From an uncultured Phycisphaerales bacterium (GTDB lineage: Bacteria > Planctomycetota > Phycisphaerae > Tepidisphaerales > Tepidisphaeraceae): a stretch of DNA of 64,000 nucleotides. Under the pieces are notes generated by a model, which saw nothing but the letters and a program-made list of their open reading frames with translations, ran no database searches and was not told where the DNA came from. The stretch lies in NCBI GenBank assembly GCA_963755915.1, contig CAVWLP010000003.1:800001-864000 (forward strand). Reading direction: 5' to 3'. This document shows positions 8,522 to 18,995 of this stretch, in pieces. Within the stretch, counting starts at the first letter, position 1; each line of letters begins with the position of its first letter. Made by a program: the position numbers and the translations under genes.

Positions 8522-9509
8522 TTATCCTCGGCGAAGTATGAACGGACTGTTCGCCGCGTCCGCCGTCTGCAGGGCGTCGCGAAGCTGGTGCCCCGTGTAA
8601 TAAACGAAAACGTCGTCCAGCGTCGTGCTCTGCACCGACAGAGAATTGATCCCCACCTTGTTGTCCCGCGCCGTCTCCAAAAGTGCCACCGTCGTTCGCG
8701 GACCGTTATTGGAAGAGATTCGGTAAATATTTTCCTCCTGTTTCACTTCCGCCACTTCCGGAAGCCCCTGGAGAATCCCCAGCCAGTTCGCCGGCGCCGG
8801 AGCAACTGACCTCAAGAATATTTTTCCCAGGGATCGAGGCCTTGAGCTTCAGCGGCGAATCGAGCGCGACCAGCTTGCCGTGATCGACGATGGCAATCCG
8901 ATCGCAAAGCTTGTCCGCTTCATCCATGTAATGGGTGGTGACGAGAATCGTCAAATCCCGCTGGCTTTTCAGCCGCGTGAGCATCTCCCACACCGACACG
9001 CGCGACACCGGATCGAGCCCCGTCGTCGGCTCGTCGAGGAAAAACAGCCGCGGCTCGTGCACCAGCCCGCGGGCGATTTCCAGCCGCCGCCGCATGCCAC
9101 CGGAGAAATTTTTCACCGGCTTGTCCGCCCACTTTTCCAGGTCCACGTCCTTGAGCAGTTCCTCGATCGTTTGTTGCCGTTTCTCGCGGGGAATCCCGTA
9201 AAGTTTCGCGAAGATGCTCATGTTTTCCCTGGCGCTGAGGTCCTGGTCGGACGTCATCGCCTGCGGAATCACCCCGATCGACTGCCGCACGTCGTTCGCC
9301 TGCTGAACGATGTCGAACCCGTTGACCCGCGCCTTCCCCGAGGTTGGCGGGACCAGCGTCGTCAGCATTCGGATGAGAGTCGATTTACCGGCGCCGTTGG
9401 GCCCAAGCAGCCCGAATACTTCCCCCTGCTCCACGGAGAAATTGATCGCATCGACGGCGGTGAAGTCGCCGAAGCGCTTGGTGAGGTTTTCAACTTCAAT
9501 CGCCAGCAT
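8522..9509 (-). CDS. ABC exporter ATP-binding protein, DrrA-like (frameshift ~8795)
   Basis: GPNGAGKS, FSGGMRRRL and LDEPTTGLDP. The C-terminal TLDDVF segment is in the second frame. Confidence 0.9.
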
Positions 9510-9512
9510 GGA

Positions 9513-10376
9513 TCAGGGCTTCGCGAGAGGGACGGTCACGTACGCCGTCATGCCGACGGCAAGGGCGCGGTCGGAATTGTCGCACCGAATGCGGACTTCA
9601 AACGTGCGGATATCCCGCTTGGTCCGGCTCACGTCGCGCTGGGTGGCAAAGTCGGCGTCGACTCCCCGGTAAAAAACCGTCCCCTCACGCGTGGCCCCCG
9701 AAGGGAGCGTAACCATAAGCTTGTCCCCGAGCCGAATCCGGTCGATATACGTCTCTTCGACGTCCGCCCGCACCCAAAGGTCGTCCTGGTTGATCAGCGT
9801 AACGATCGCCTGCCCCGGATTGACGACTTCCCCCTCAAGCGCCGCCCGCGTGTCCACGATCGCATCCATCGGCGCGGTGATATCGGTGTAACTGAGCATC
9901 ACCTCCGCCTTTTTCTTTTGCGCCGCCGCCCCCTCCACCTGCTTCTTCAGCGATTCCACCCGCGCCACTGCCGCATCGTAGTTCGACTTCGCCTGCTCGA
10001 AATCCTGCGTCGAAACCGCCTGCTGCTTGTACAGCGGCTCATCGCGCTCGTAGGTGGCCTTGGCAAATTCCAGGTCGGCCTGCGCCTCCTTCACCTGCGA
10101 CGAGATCTGCTGCTGCGCCATGTCGTAATAAGCCAGATCGGCCTCCTGCGTAAGCGGCAGGATGACCGCCAGCGTCTGGCCCTTTTTAACCGTGTCCCCT
10201 TCCTGAACCAGCAGTTTCTGAATCTGCCCCTGAATTTGCGCACTGACGATGACTTCATCGGTAGTAACGATCCCGGTCAGGTTAATTTCGCTCGGCTCCC
10301 GTGTCGCGAAATAGTAGATCACCCACGCAGCGAGCGCAGCCAGCACAATCAACAGAGGAACTTTGCGCTTTTTCAT
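9513..10376 (-). CDS. HlyD-family periplasmic adaptor
   Basis: N-terminal TM, lipoyl-like LVQEGDTVKKGQ, coiled coil, ITAP..GEVVNPG. Confidence 0.9.
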   Translation of the reverse strand: MKKRKVPLLIVLAALAAWVIYYFATREPSEINLTGIVTTDEVIVSAQIQGQIQKLLVQEGDTVKKGQTLAVILPLTQEADLAYYDMAQQQISSQVKEAQADLEFAKATYERDEPLYKQQAVSTQDFEQAKSNYDAAVARVESLKKQVEGAAAQKKKAEVMLSYTDITAPMDAIVDTRAALEGEVVNPGQAIVTLINQDDLWVRADVEETYIDRIRLGDKLMVTLPSGATREGTVFYRGVDADFATQRDVSRTKRDIRTFEVRIRCDNSDRALAVGMTAYVTVPLAKP

Positions 10377-10391
10377 GCCCTTCTTAAATCG

Positions 10392-11338
10392 TCATTTCGC
10401 CAGCTCGGCTAGAAGCCGGAATTTCAATTCGTTGTGCTCGTAGGCCACCTCGTGCCCGTGAAACGGATAAACCTCCATCTGTTTCTCCGCCGTGATGTGA
10501 TTGTAGACACCGTAGATGGAGCTTGGCGGGCAGATATTATCCCACAAGCCATTGGAAATGACGGTTTTGCAGGCAATCCACGGGGCAAGATTCAGGCAAT
10601 CAAAATAACTCAGCGTCCGCAGCGCCTCTTCATATAGATGGGGAAACGAACGTAGAAAGCCGGTGATTTCCGGATACGGCCCCGCCGCCGCGATATTAAT
10701 CGACCGGCGGAAGTCGCACAGAAATGGAATGTCCGAAAGCGCCAGCACCGGCTTTCGCGACAGCGCCGCCACCGCCAGCGTAAGGCCCCCACCCTGGCTG
10801 ACACCCGCAATCGCGATCCGCGCCGAATCGGTTTCATCCCGCCGCGCCAGCACTTCCAGTGCCCGCACCGCATCCGCGTAAACATTGCGGTAGTAATAGG
10901 TCCGCGGATCGCGAATCCCCGCGGTCATCCACCCCATGTGATGCCCCTCGGGATAGACGGCCGTGTCCTGCGACTGCCCGTTCTGTCCCCGGCAATCCAT
11001 GCTCAGCACGCACATTCCCTGGGCGGCAAACGGAATCAGATCCAGCGGCCGCGGCGCCCGCCCGCTATACCCGTGATAGACGCACAGCCCCGGAAATTTC
11101 CCCCGCGAATCCGGCCGCAGAAACCACCCCGCCAGCCGCCCGCCCCCAAACCCCTCAAACCGCACCGCAAAACATTCGATCCCCCGCGCCGCAGATCGTA
11201 AGGAATCAGCTCCGCATTCAGCGGCTGCTTGTCCGACTGCGAAAGAGTCGCCTCCCAAAACGTCTGAAAATCTTCCGCACGGTACAGCGCGGGCTTATAC
11301 ACCCGAAGCTGCTCAAGAGGCATGTCGATAGAAGGCAT
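10392..11338 (-). CDS. Acetyl xylan esterase / cephalosporin-C deacetylase, CE7 (frameshift ~11190)
   Basis: N-terminus IDMPLEQLRVY..DFQTFW; HGY, RGQ, nucleophile motif GVSQGG, D..CPP, GHE. Confidence 0.9.
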
Positions 11339-11356
11339 AGGATGGAAATTCTTCCC

Positions 11357-11385
11357 GTTTAGCCGCGACCCGAAGGGGAGCGCGT
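11357..11385. repeat. REP-like repeat, copy of 995-1023
   Basis: GTTTAGCCGCGACCCGAAGGGGAGCGCGT, intergenic. Confidence 0.75.
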
Positions 11386-11429
11386 TATTCGTCCTTCGAG
11401 AAACGCTCCGCGATCATTCTGAAGCGATC

Positions 11430-13112
11430 TCAATTGAAAGTCAAAACCAGCAACGAAACACCCTGCCGCGGCAGATGAATTTGGAGGGAAACTGCACCGT
11501 GGTCAACGAGCACCACCCGCGGATCCCCCATCGTCTGCAACCTTCCCGCCGATTGCAGCGCCGCGTATTGCTCCCGCGTCGGAGGTTGCGGCGACCCCAT
11601 CTGAATCCACGCCGCGTATGCGTTGCTGTGCGACGGATCGATTCGATATTCCGTCACGTGCGCCATCGAAGCCGTCGCCGGAAGATTTGCCAGCGTCATC
11701 TGAACCTCCGCCGCCGGCCCGGGAAGATCGTCATCATGATAGTTCCACGTCAGTACCTCCATCCGATCCCCCGAAATCGTTGCAATCGAGCTCACATCCG
11801 GAGAAGTACGCACTCCGGACTTTTCGACAAACGCCAGCGGCTGCGCCGACGAGCTCTCCACAGCCACCCGGTTGCCATCCATCTTCGCCAGCATCCGAAA
11901 CACATTGAGCACGGGAAGATCGATACCATTCGTCGAAAGAACGCGGTAACCGGCGAAATAAAGTTTGCCTTCAAATTCGAATGCCCAAGTAAGCGCCCCC
12001 AGCAGATTAATCCCGCGCTTGTCGGCAATCATCAGCGTGTGGGCAACCGCCGCCGCCGTATACGAAGCGTAAAGCGTCGAGTTCCGATAGTTAAGCTGCG
12101 GCCCCGTGCAGGCCGCACACCCGTCCGGATCCGATTCCCCGATCACGATCGGCGTATTCTTGAACTGCGGAAACGAGGCAACGGTGGAAAACCCCGACTC
12201 AATATTGTTGAGCTGATTCGACAGCCCCATTCGCACGTGCCCGTCGAGAAACCGCGGCGACCCCTTGGCATGAAACGAAATGAAATCCAGCGGCGCGCCA
12301 TTTTTTCCCGTCGCCTCGTTCGCCCCATCCACGCAGTGTTGTAAAAACGCATGAAGATATTTCCCCCCACCCCCCGCCTGTTCCGGACCGCCCACCCGCG
12401 CCGTCGGCAGCGCCCGCCTCACCCCATCGACCGCATAATCATACAGCTTGAAATACTCCTCCGCCGTCCCGTTCCAGTAGCTGATGTTGGGCTCGTTCCA
12501 CACTTCCCAATACCAGCTCTGCACCTCCGATTTTCCATACCGCGCGATGCAATGGCTCACCCACTGATAAACCAGCTCCCGCCACTTGTTGAAATCCTTC
12601 GGCGGATACGCCTGCCCCCCCGCAACCGGCGTCGGCTTGTTCGGATCGAACGATGTCGGATAAAGATCCGGCCGAACCGTTAGATCCTTCGGCATGAATC
12701 CAATCTGCGCATAAGGCTTCAGCCCGCGCTGCACATACGTGTCAAAAATCCGATCCAGAATCGTCCAGTTGTAAACCGGATTCCCCTGAGCATCCTCCGT
12801 ATACGCGTTCGTCGAGCTCCACTTCAGCGCCGGAATCCCGTCGCCCGAAGTCAGCAGATGATGGCACCGAACATAAACCTGCGGCGGCTGAAGCTCCGAA
12901 AGCTCCGACAGAAGCTGCTGCCCGCCCGGCATAAACGTGAAGTCCGCCTCGTCATATCCGAAAAATCGCCAGATCGGTTTCCACGGGCCAAGAGTTCGCG
13001 AAGCGTTGATGTGAATCGAAACCGGCAAATCCGCCTGGGTGGCAGGCGCATCCGCGCGAACGACGCGGCAAATCACCACAAGCAGCAGCGCAATGGAAGC
13101 CCGTTTGGTCAT
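11430..13112 (-). CDS. Secreted beta-xylosidase, GH39
   Basis: Signal peptide; YVRCHHLL, WEVWNEPN (acid/base), DFISFH, GESDP (nucleophile). Confidence 0.88.
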   Translation of the reverse strand: MTKRASIALLLVVICRVVRADAPATQADLPVSIHINASRTLGPWKPIWRFFGYDEADFTFMPGGQQLLSELSELQPPQVYVRCHHLLTSGDGIPALKWSSTNAYTEDAQGNPVYNWTILDRIFDTYVQRGLKPYAQIGFMPKDLTVRPDLYPTSFDPNKPTPVAGGQAYPPKDFNKWRELVYQWVSHCIARYGKSEVQSWYWEVWNEPNISYWNGTAEEYFKLYDYAVDGVRRALPTARVGGPEQAGGGGKYLHAFLQHCVDGANEATGKNGAPLDFISFHAKGSPRFLDGHVRMGLSNQLNNIESGFSTVASFPQFKNTPIVIGESDPDGCAACTGPQLNYRNSTLYASYTAAAVAHTLMIADKRGINLLGALTWAFEFEGKLYFAGYRVLSTNGIDLPVLNVFRMLAKMDGNRVAVESSSAQPLAFVEKSGVRTSPDVSSIATISGDRMEVLTWNYHDDDLPGPAAEVQMTLANLPATASMAHVTEYRIDPSHSNAYAAWIQMGSPQPPTREQYAALQSAGRLQTMGDPRVVLVDHGAVSLQIHLPRQGVSLLVLTFN

Positions 13113-13151
13113 ATCGGCTGGTCGATGGAAATGATAACCGCAATCGCGGCG

Positions 13152-13541
13152 TCAGGCGCGATGGGCGTTGGCTGTCCGCATTTTCTTCGGATCCACGATC
13201 TGAACAAAATCCGCCGCCAGCGCGAATTCCCCGTGTTTTCCCCGCATGCACCGCGTCACCCGGCATCGAATGAAAAGGTCCGGCCCTTCGCGCACGGGGA
13301 TGCTAAGCAGAAAACTCGAGAACGGCATCAGCGCCTGCGGCGCCGACATCCCGGCCGTCTCCGCGGAAATGTCCTTAAGCGTGACATGAATTCCAGTTCC
13401 GATCAGCTCGTCCTCGATCGGAAAAATCATTGCCGGGGTTTGCAGCTCGATCCGCCCCAGCGCGCGCTTATGCCCCGACCCGGAAAATCGCGCCACCGGA
13501 CGGTCGATGATCTGCAGGAGGATTTTCACGGGCAAACGCAT
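13152..13541 (-). CDS. PilZ-like domain protein
   Basis: RxxxR (RALGR), a degenerate DIS motif (DISAETAG), CRVTRC. Size fits a single PilZ domain. Confidence 0.55.
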   Translation of the reverse strand: MRLPVKILLQIIDRPVARFSGSGHKRALGRIELQTPAMIFPIEDELIGTGIHVTLKDISAETAGMSAPQALMPFSSFLLSIPVREGPDLFIRCRVTRCMRGKHGEFALAADFVQIVDPKKMRTANAHRA

Positions 13542-13617
13542 AAAGCCGTACAGGAGTTATCGGCTGGAAACCGCCCGACTGAAAAAGCCTTCTCGCCAAT
13601 TCCAAATTTCCCGCTAA

Positions 13618-14367
13618 TTACCGGAACAAGCGCTCCGGCGGGCTGATCCGCACGTCCTTCAACCCTGCCGAATATTGAGCGCAGCACGGATTGCAGAGCG
13701 GCAAATTCCCCAGCAAATCGCGGCACAGAATCGAAATCTCCGCGCCAATCTGCCGCCACGGCTCATGCGAAATCCGAAACCGCCGCAGCGTCCCCTTGCG
13801 AAACGTAAACGCACAATATCGCTCGATCAGAAATTCCGTCTCCGACCCCGCCTCCGCTCGCGATGCGCACTCCTCAGTATTCCATCTCGCCATGCAGGAA
13901 AATTCCCCGTCCCCCACCACCCGCCGAATCCCCCAACCCGCCGCCGTCTCATACGCCATCTCCGCCAGCTTATACGGCAGCCCATACAGCCGCGGCCCCA
14001 GAAAAACCGCCAGCGGATTCGGAATCCACTCCGCAAGAAAATAAATCCCCGGCTCACCCTCATGCATGACATACGTCCGCAGATTGAGAAACTCGTGCGT
14101 CGCCAGCGGCCGGCTCAGAAATTCGGGCACCCCAATCGCCGGCCGAAGCCGACGCTGCGTGAAAGCGACAAGACTTACATATGCGCAACCGTTGTACAGA
14201 TCGAGCCGCACCGGCATCATCGCTTCCAGCACGGCAGGATCAAGCCGAAAATGAATAAACAACGCATCCCGCCAATCCGCCACAAACAGCGCCCTATTAT
14301 TGTTACTCTTGTCATTTCCCCTCCCCTGGTACGCCGGGGGAGGGTATGGGTGGGGGCTGGTTCTCAT
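13618..14367 (-). CDS. DUF2071 / YqjF-family protein
   Basis: WRDALFIHF, YVSLVAF, LNLRTYV, PGIYFL, FLIERY and HEPW motifs. Confidence 0.8.
   Translation of the reverse strand: MRTSPHPYPPPAYQGRGNDKSNNNRALFVADWRDALFIHFRLDPAVLEAMMPVRLDLYNGCAYVSLVAFTQRRLRPAIGVPEFLSRPLATHEFLNLRTYVMHEGEPGIYFLAEWIPNPLAVFLGPRLYGLPYKLAEMAYETAAGWGIRRVVGDGEFSCMARWNTEECASRAEAGSETEFLIERYCAFTFRKGTLRRFRISHEPWRQIGAEISILCRDLLGNLPLCNPCCAQYSAGLKDVRISPPERLFR
14318..14356 (-). repeat. C/G-rich REP-like hairpin (same family as 53162 and 54237)
   Basis: Reverse complement CCCCCACCCATACCCTCCCCCGGCGTACCAGGGGAGGGG resembles the copies at 53162-53200 and 54237-54278. Confidence 0.65.
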
Positions 14368-14492
14368 GTGAGACTCTCGACTGCATATTCAGATTCACTC
14401 CCGCCCAGTTCAAGCGCCGCTGCATTCTTTCAAAACTTTCATCCGTAGAATCAAACCGTGAAAGTTCCCCGCCCGGCAGTACAATCGCCCCC

Positions 14493-15974
14493 ATGAACCA
14501 CCGGCACGTGCTCAGAGGGTTTCTCGTTCTCACTATTTTTTTTTCAGCATGCACCAGCAAACCCGCCCCCAAGGCCATCAAACCATCCGAGCCTGCGATG
14601 AGCACACCACCCGCCCCACTGCCCTACGTCGTCGTCCAATCCCCAACGACCAAACCAATTCTTGAGCGCAACGAAACCCCCGACCAGCACAACGCCCGCA
14701 TGGCCTGGTGGCGCGCCGCTCGATTCGGAATGTTCATCCACTGGGGAATCTATTCCGTCCCCGCCGGCACCTATCACGGCCAGCGCGTCGCCGGCATCGG
14801 CGAATGGATCATGAACAACGCCTCCATCCCCGTGGCCGAATACGCCTCCTACGCCAACGATTTCACCGCCTCCAATTTCGACGCGGATGAATGGGTCTCC
14901 ATCGCCAAAAACGCCGGCATGAAATACATCGTCATCACTTCCAAGCACCACGACGGCTTCGCGATGTTCCACACCAAGGTCGACAGCTTCAACGTCTACG
15001 ACGCCACCCCCTTCCATCGCGACCCCCTCGCCGAACTCGCCGCCGCCTGCCAGCGCCAGGGAATCAAGCTCGGCTTCTACTACTCCCAGTGCCAGGACTG
15101 GCACCACCCCGGTGGTTACGCCATCAAAACCCACAACCGCACCGCCGAACACTGGGATCCCGCCCAGGAAGGCGACTACGACGCCTACCTCAACAACGTC
15201 GCCGTCCCCCAGGTCCGCGAAATCCTCTCCAACTACGGCCCCATCGCCGTCCTCTGGTTCGACACCGCCCGCGACATGACCCCCGACCGCGCCGAACGAT
15301 TCCTCTCCCTCCTCAGCCTCCAGCCCGACATCATCGTCAACAACCGCCTCGGCGGCGGATTCCGCGGCGACACCGAAACCCCCGAACAGCACATCCCCCC
15401 GCAAGGCTACCCCGGCCGCGACTGGGAAACCTGCATGACCATCAACGACACCTGGGGATATAAATCCTACGATACCGATTTCAAATCCACCGAAACCCTC
15501 CTCCACAACCTCGTCGACATCGCCAGCAAAGGGGGCAACTACCTCCTCAACGTCGGCCCCACCAGCCAGGGCGTCATCCCCCAACCCGAAGTCGATCGCC
15601 TCAAAGCCATCGGCGCGTGGCTGCAGATCAACGGCGAATCCATCTATGGAACCCAGGGCACCCCCTTCGGCGCCGAGGCCGGTCACTTTGACCCCGAGAA
15701 AAAAGACAAGCACGGCAAACCCATCTACGTCACCACCTGGGACTGGCGCTGCACCACCAAACCCGGCAAGCTCTTCATTCACCTGCTACGCTGGCCAAGC
15801 CCCACCTTCCAGCTCACCGGCGTCAAAGGAAAAATCACCCGCGCCTATCTCCTCGCCGATCCCCAGCAAACCAGTCTCGACGTTCTGCAGAATGCCGATT
15901 ACGTTTCGGTCGGTTTACCCCCCGCGCCGCCGGATAATCTGGATTCCGTACTCGTCCTGGAAACCCAGGACTGA
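14493..15974 (+). CDS. Alpha-L-fucosidase GH29, probable lipoprotein
   Basis: RFGMFIHWG, TSKHHDGF, VLWFD, WETCMTIN and GGNYLLNVGP. FFSAC lipobox after the ATG at 14493. Confidence 0.93.
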   Translation: MNHRHVLRGFLVLTIFFSACTSKPAPKAIKPSEPAMSTPPAPLPYVVVQSPTTKPILERNETPDQHNARMAWWRAARFGMFIHWGIYSVPAGTYHGQRVAGIGEWIMNNASIPVAEYASYANDFTASNFDADEWVSIAKNAGMKYIVITSKHHDGFAMFHTKVDSFNVYDATPFHRDPLAELAAACQRQGIKLGFYYSQCQDWHHPGGYAIKTHNRTAEHWDPAQEGDYDAYLNNVAVPQVREILSNYGPIAVLWFDTARDMTPDRAERFLSLLSLQPDIIVNNRLGGGFRGDTETPEQHIPPQGYPGRDWETCMTINDTWGYKSYDTDFKSTETLLHNLVDIASKGGNYLLNVGPTSQGVIPQPEVDRLKAIGAWLQINGESIYGTQGTPFGAEAGHFDPEKKDKHGKPIYVTTWDWRCTTKPGKLFIHLLRWPSPTFQLTGVKGKITRAYLLADPQQTSLDVLQNADYVSVGLPPAPPDNLDSVLVLETQD

Positions 15975-16129
15975 ATGTCGCAATACCTCCTCCACCCGTC
16001 GCATTCCGACTACGAAAATTCCAAAGAAATCCCACAAAGCCCACGCAATTCTGTTGCGATTCTGCACCGCTACAACTTATATATCCTGTTGTCGAATTGA
16101 ACAAAACTGCTCATTCGGGAGGGCCTCGT

Positions 16130-18391
16130 ATGTTGCGAAAGATCACCGTCCCGGCGCTTTCCCCAGCGATCTCCATTGCCACCCTGTTCATCAGCCGCGC
16201 ATTTGCCACTGACTGGTCCTACCTTTCCCAGGGGTCCTTGGCGACCGAACTCACCGGCGGATACGGCGCCGTCGCCGACCCCTCCGACGGAAGCGTCTAT
16301 AACGATGGCGAAGGCGACTACAGCTATCCCGTCATCCTCGATTCCGGGTCCAGCGGCTTCCTCATGAGCCAAACCGTCACCGACGAATTCAACGTCCCGC
16401 TCCAGAGCGGACAAACCTACACCGAAACCGGCATCGGCGGCTCCGAAGTCGAAAACGTCACCGAGCCCCTCATCTCTTATTACGCCCCCGCCAGCGATAC
16501 GAACCCCGATGAAACGTCCACCATGACCGCCTACGGCACCTACACCTTCGAGTCGCGTCAGAGCGATCCCTTCGAGGGGTTCATCTACTTCGACATCATC
16601 GGTACGCCCGTCATTCAAAAGCAGGTGATGGTCGCCAACCCCAACCAGTCATACAACATCGTCCAGGACACCCTCGGCTTCCTCACCGCCGAAACCACCT
16701 TGCAGGCCTCCGATCCGGTTTTGCCTTCCAAGGGCCTCTATCACGTCCCCATCACCTGGACCAACTTCGTCACCGGACCCACCGTTCCCAGCGAAGCCGC
16801 CAATCCCGTCGTCAACGGCGTCACTGCCCGCGGCCCCAGCGATACCGACGTCGCCAACAACTGGCTTTTCGACTCCGGCGCCCAGTTCACCATCATCAGC
16901 CCAACCTACGCCGCTCAGTTGGGCATTAACATGAACGACCCCACCACAACCATTCAGGGCCAGGGCGTCGGTGGATCCACCGTCACTTTCGACGGATTCC
17001 AGATCACCGACATCGCCCTTCCCCTCAGCAACGGCGATCGCCTCGTGTTTAAGGATCCCACCGTCTACGTTCCCGTCGACACGACACTCCCGGCCGGGCT
17101 TACCGGTGTTCTCGGTGAAAACCTCTTTATGCAGGCCACCGATGGGATCGACCCCTACACCGGTGAACCGACGGACACCTACAATCCGCTCTTCTCTGAG
17201 TGGTACCTCGACGGCCCGGGCAGCCAACTCGTCCTTTACGATCCCAACAGCACCTACAACGCCCTCGGCGCTGTCAGCACCACGATCGTCTGGAACAACG
17301 CCGGCGGCCCCGGTGATGGCCATACCTGGGACATCGCCCTCAGCGAAAACTGGAACGCCTCCTCCGCCCTCGCGGTCTACTCCGACGGCGACAGTGTCAT
17401 TTTCAACGACAGCAACAGCGGTAATTATGCCGTCACCCTCAGCACCACCGTCAGCCCCGCCTCCGTGATGGTCAACAACAGCAACGGCAATTACATCTTC
17501 AGCGGCTCCGGCAGCATCGCCGGCACCGGCTCCCTCACCAAAACGGGCACCGGCAACCTCACCCTCGCCACCGCAAACACTTACAGCGGTGGAACCACCG
17601 TCAGCGCCGGAACCCTCTTCGTCGCCGTCAACAACGCCCTTCCCAGCGGCGGAAAAATCTCCGTCAACGGCGGAAACGTCATCCTCGCCGCTGCCCTCAG
17701 CGCCGGCGCCACCGCCATCACCGCCGGCGAAATCCAACTCACCCCCGGTTTAACCCTCGGCAGCGGCGCAACCGCCAGCAACGTCAATTTCGCCTCCCTC
17801 TCCATCACCGGCAATGGCGTCCTGGACCTGACCAACAATCACATCATCATCAGCTACCAGGGTGGTTCCGATCCAATCGCAACCATCGCCTCGTATATTG
17901 CCTCCGGCTACAACAAAGGCCACTGGAACGGACCCGGGATCATCTCCTCGACCGCACGAACGCCAACCAACGGCCTTCTTTACGGCCTCGGCTATGCCGA
18001 CGGCAACGACTTCGTCGTCAAAGGCCTGGCATCCGGATATATCGAAATCAAATACACCCTCTTAGGCGACGCCAACCTCGACGGCGTCGTCAACGGCGCC
18101 GACTTCTCCATCCTCGCCGCCAACTTCGGCCTTGGCGCAACCAACTGGGACCAGGGCAATTTCCTCTACGGCCCCTCCGTCAACGGCGCCGACTTCGCCG
18201 CCCTCGCCGCCAACTTCGGCCAGGGCGACAGCGGCGCCGACCTCACCGGCGATCTCGCCGCCCTCCAGGCCTTCGCCGCCGCCAACGGCCTGCTCGCCGA
18301 TCTCCCCGAACCAGGCTGCTTAAGCATCCTCGCCTTCGCCGGCGCCCTGACGCTTCGCCGAACCAGGGCCAGAGCCGCGCATTTCCAGTAA
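16130..18391 (+). CDS. Secreted two-lobe aspartyl protease with beta-strand repeat, dockerin-like pair and PEP-CTERM signal
   Basis: ILDSGS and LFDSGA with downstream DIIG and GVLG; LTKTGTGNLTLATANTYSGGTTV; GDANLDGVVNGADF repeat; LPEP-TM-RRTR. GGAGG RBS. Confidence 0.8.
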   Translation: MLRKITVPALSPAISIATLFISRAFATDWSYLSQGSLATELTGGYGAVADPSDGSVYNDGEGDYSYPVILDSGSSGFLMSQTVTDEFNVPLQSGQTYTETGIGGSEVENVTEPLISYYAPASDTNPDETSTMTAYGTYTFESRQSDPFEGFIYFDIIGTPVIQKQVMVANPNQSYNIVQDTLGFLTAETTLQASDPVLPSKGLYHVPITWTNFVTGPTVPSEAANPVVNGVTARGPSDTDVANNWLFDSGAQFTIISPTYAAQLGINMNDPTTTIQGQGVGGSTVTFDGFQITDIALPLSNGDRLVFKDPTVYVPVDTTLPAGLTGVLGENLFMQATDGIDPYTGEPTDTYNPLFSEWYLDGPGSQLVLYDPNSTYNALGAVSTTIVWNNAGGPGDGHTWDIALSENWNASSALAVYSDGDSVIFNDSNSGNYAVTLSTTVSPASVMVNNSNGNYIFSGSGSIAGTGSLTKTGTGNLTLATANTYSGGTTVSAGTLFVAVNNALPSGGKISVNGGNVILAAALSAGATAITAGEIQLTPGLTLGSGATASNVNFASLSITGNGVLDLTNNHIIISYQGGSDPIATIASYIASGYNKGHWNGPGIISSTARTPTNGLLYGLGYADGNDFVVKGLASGYIEIKYTLLGDANLDGVVNGADFSILAANFGLGATNWDQGNFLYGPSVNGADFAALAANFGQGDSGADLTGDLAALQAFAAANGLLADLPEPGCLSILAFAGALTLRRTRARAAHFQ

Positions 18392-18400
18392 TATCCACGA

Positions 18401-18988
18401 ATGCCCAAACCCAACCCCAGGCTCGACCCCTTCTTCAAAAACGCCAAAAAATGGCGCGAAGAACAACAGCGGCTGCGAAAAATCGTCCTCGCCTGCCCCC
18501 TTAACGAAGACATGAAATGGGGCCAACCCTGCTACACGAGTGAAGACAAAAACATCGTCATCATCCACGCCTTCAAGGAATACTGCGCCCTCCTCTTCTT
18601 CAAAGGCGTCCTGTTAAAAGACCCCAAGCGCATCCTCATCCAGCAAACCGAAAACGTCCAATCCGGACGGCAGATCCGTTTCACCAACCTCGATCAAATC
18701 GTCAAACTCGCGTCCACTTTAAAGGCCTATGTTCTCGAAGCCATCGAAGTAGAAAAATCCGGCTTGAAAGTGAAGAAAAAACAGACCTCCGATTTCAAAG
18801 TCCCCGAAGAATTCCAGGCCAGGTTGGACGAACTCCCCGCCCTGAAAGCCGCCTTCAACGCCCTCACCCCCGGCCGCCAGAGAGGCTACCTCCATTTTTT
18901 TTCCAGCGCCAAACAATCCCAAACCCGCGCCGCGAGGGTCGAAAAATATCTGAAGCAAATCCTCAGCGGAAAAGGTTTGGACGATTAG
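18401..18988 (+). CDS. YdeI-like protein (DUF1801 + OmdA)
   Basis: KWGQPCY, FKEYCALLFFKGVLLKDP and AFNALTPGRQRGY. Confidence 0.9.
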   Translation: MPKPNPRLDPFFKNAKKWREEQQRLRKIVLACPLNEDMKWGQPCYTSEDKNIVIIHAFKEYCALLFFKGVLLKDPKRILIQQTENVQSGRQIRFTNLDQIVKLASTLKAYVLEAIEVEKSGLKVKKKQTSDFKVPEEFQARLDELPALKAAFNALTPGRQRGYLHFFSSAKQSQTRAARVEKYLKQILSGKGLDD

Positions 18989-18995
18989 CGCAGTG

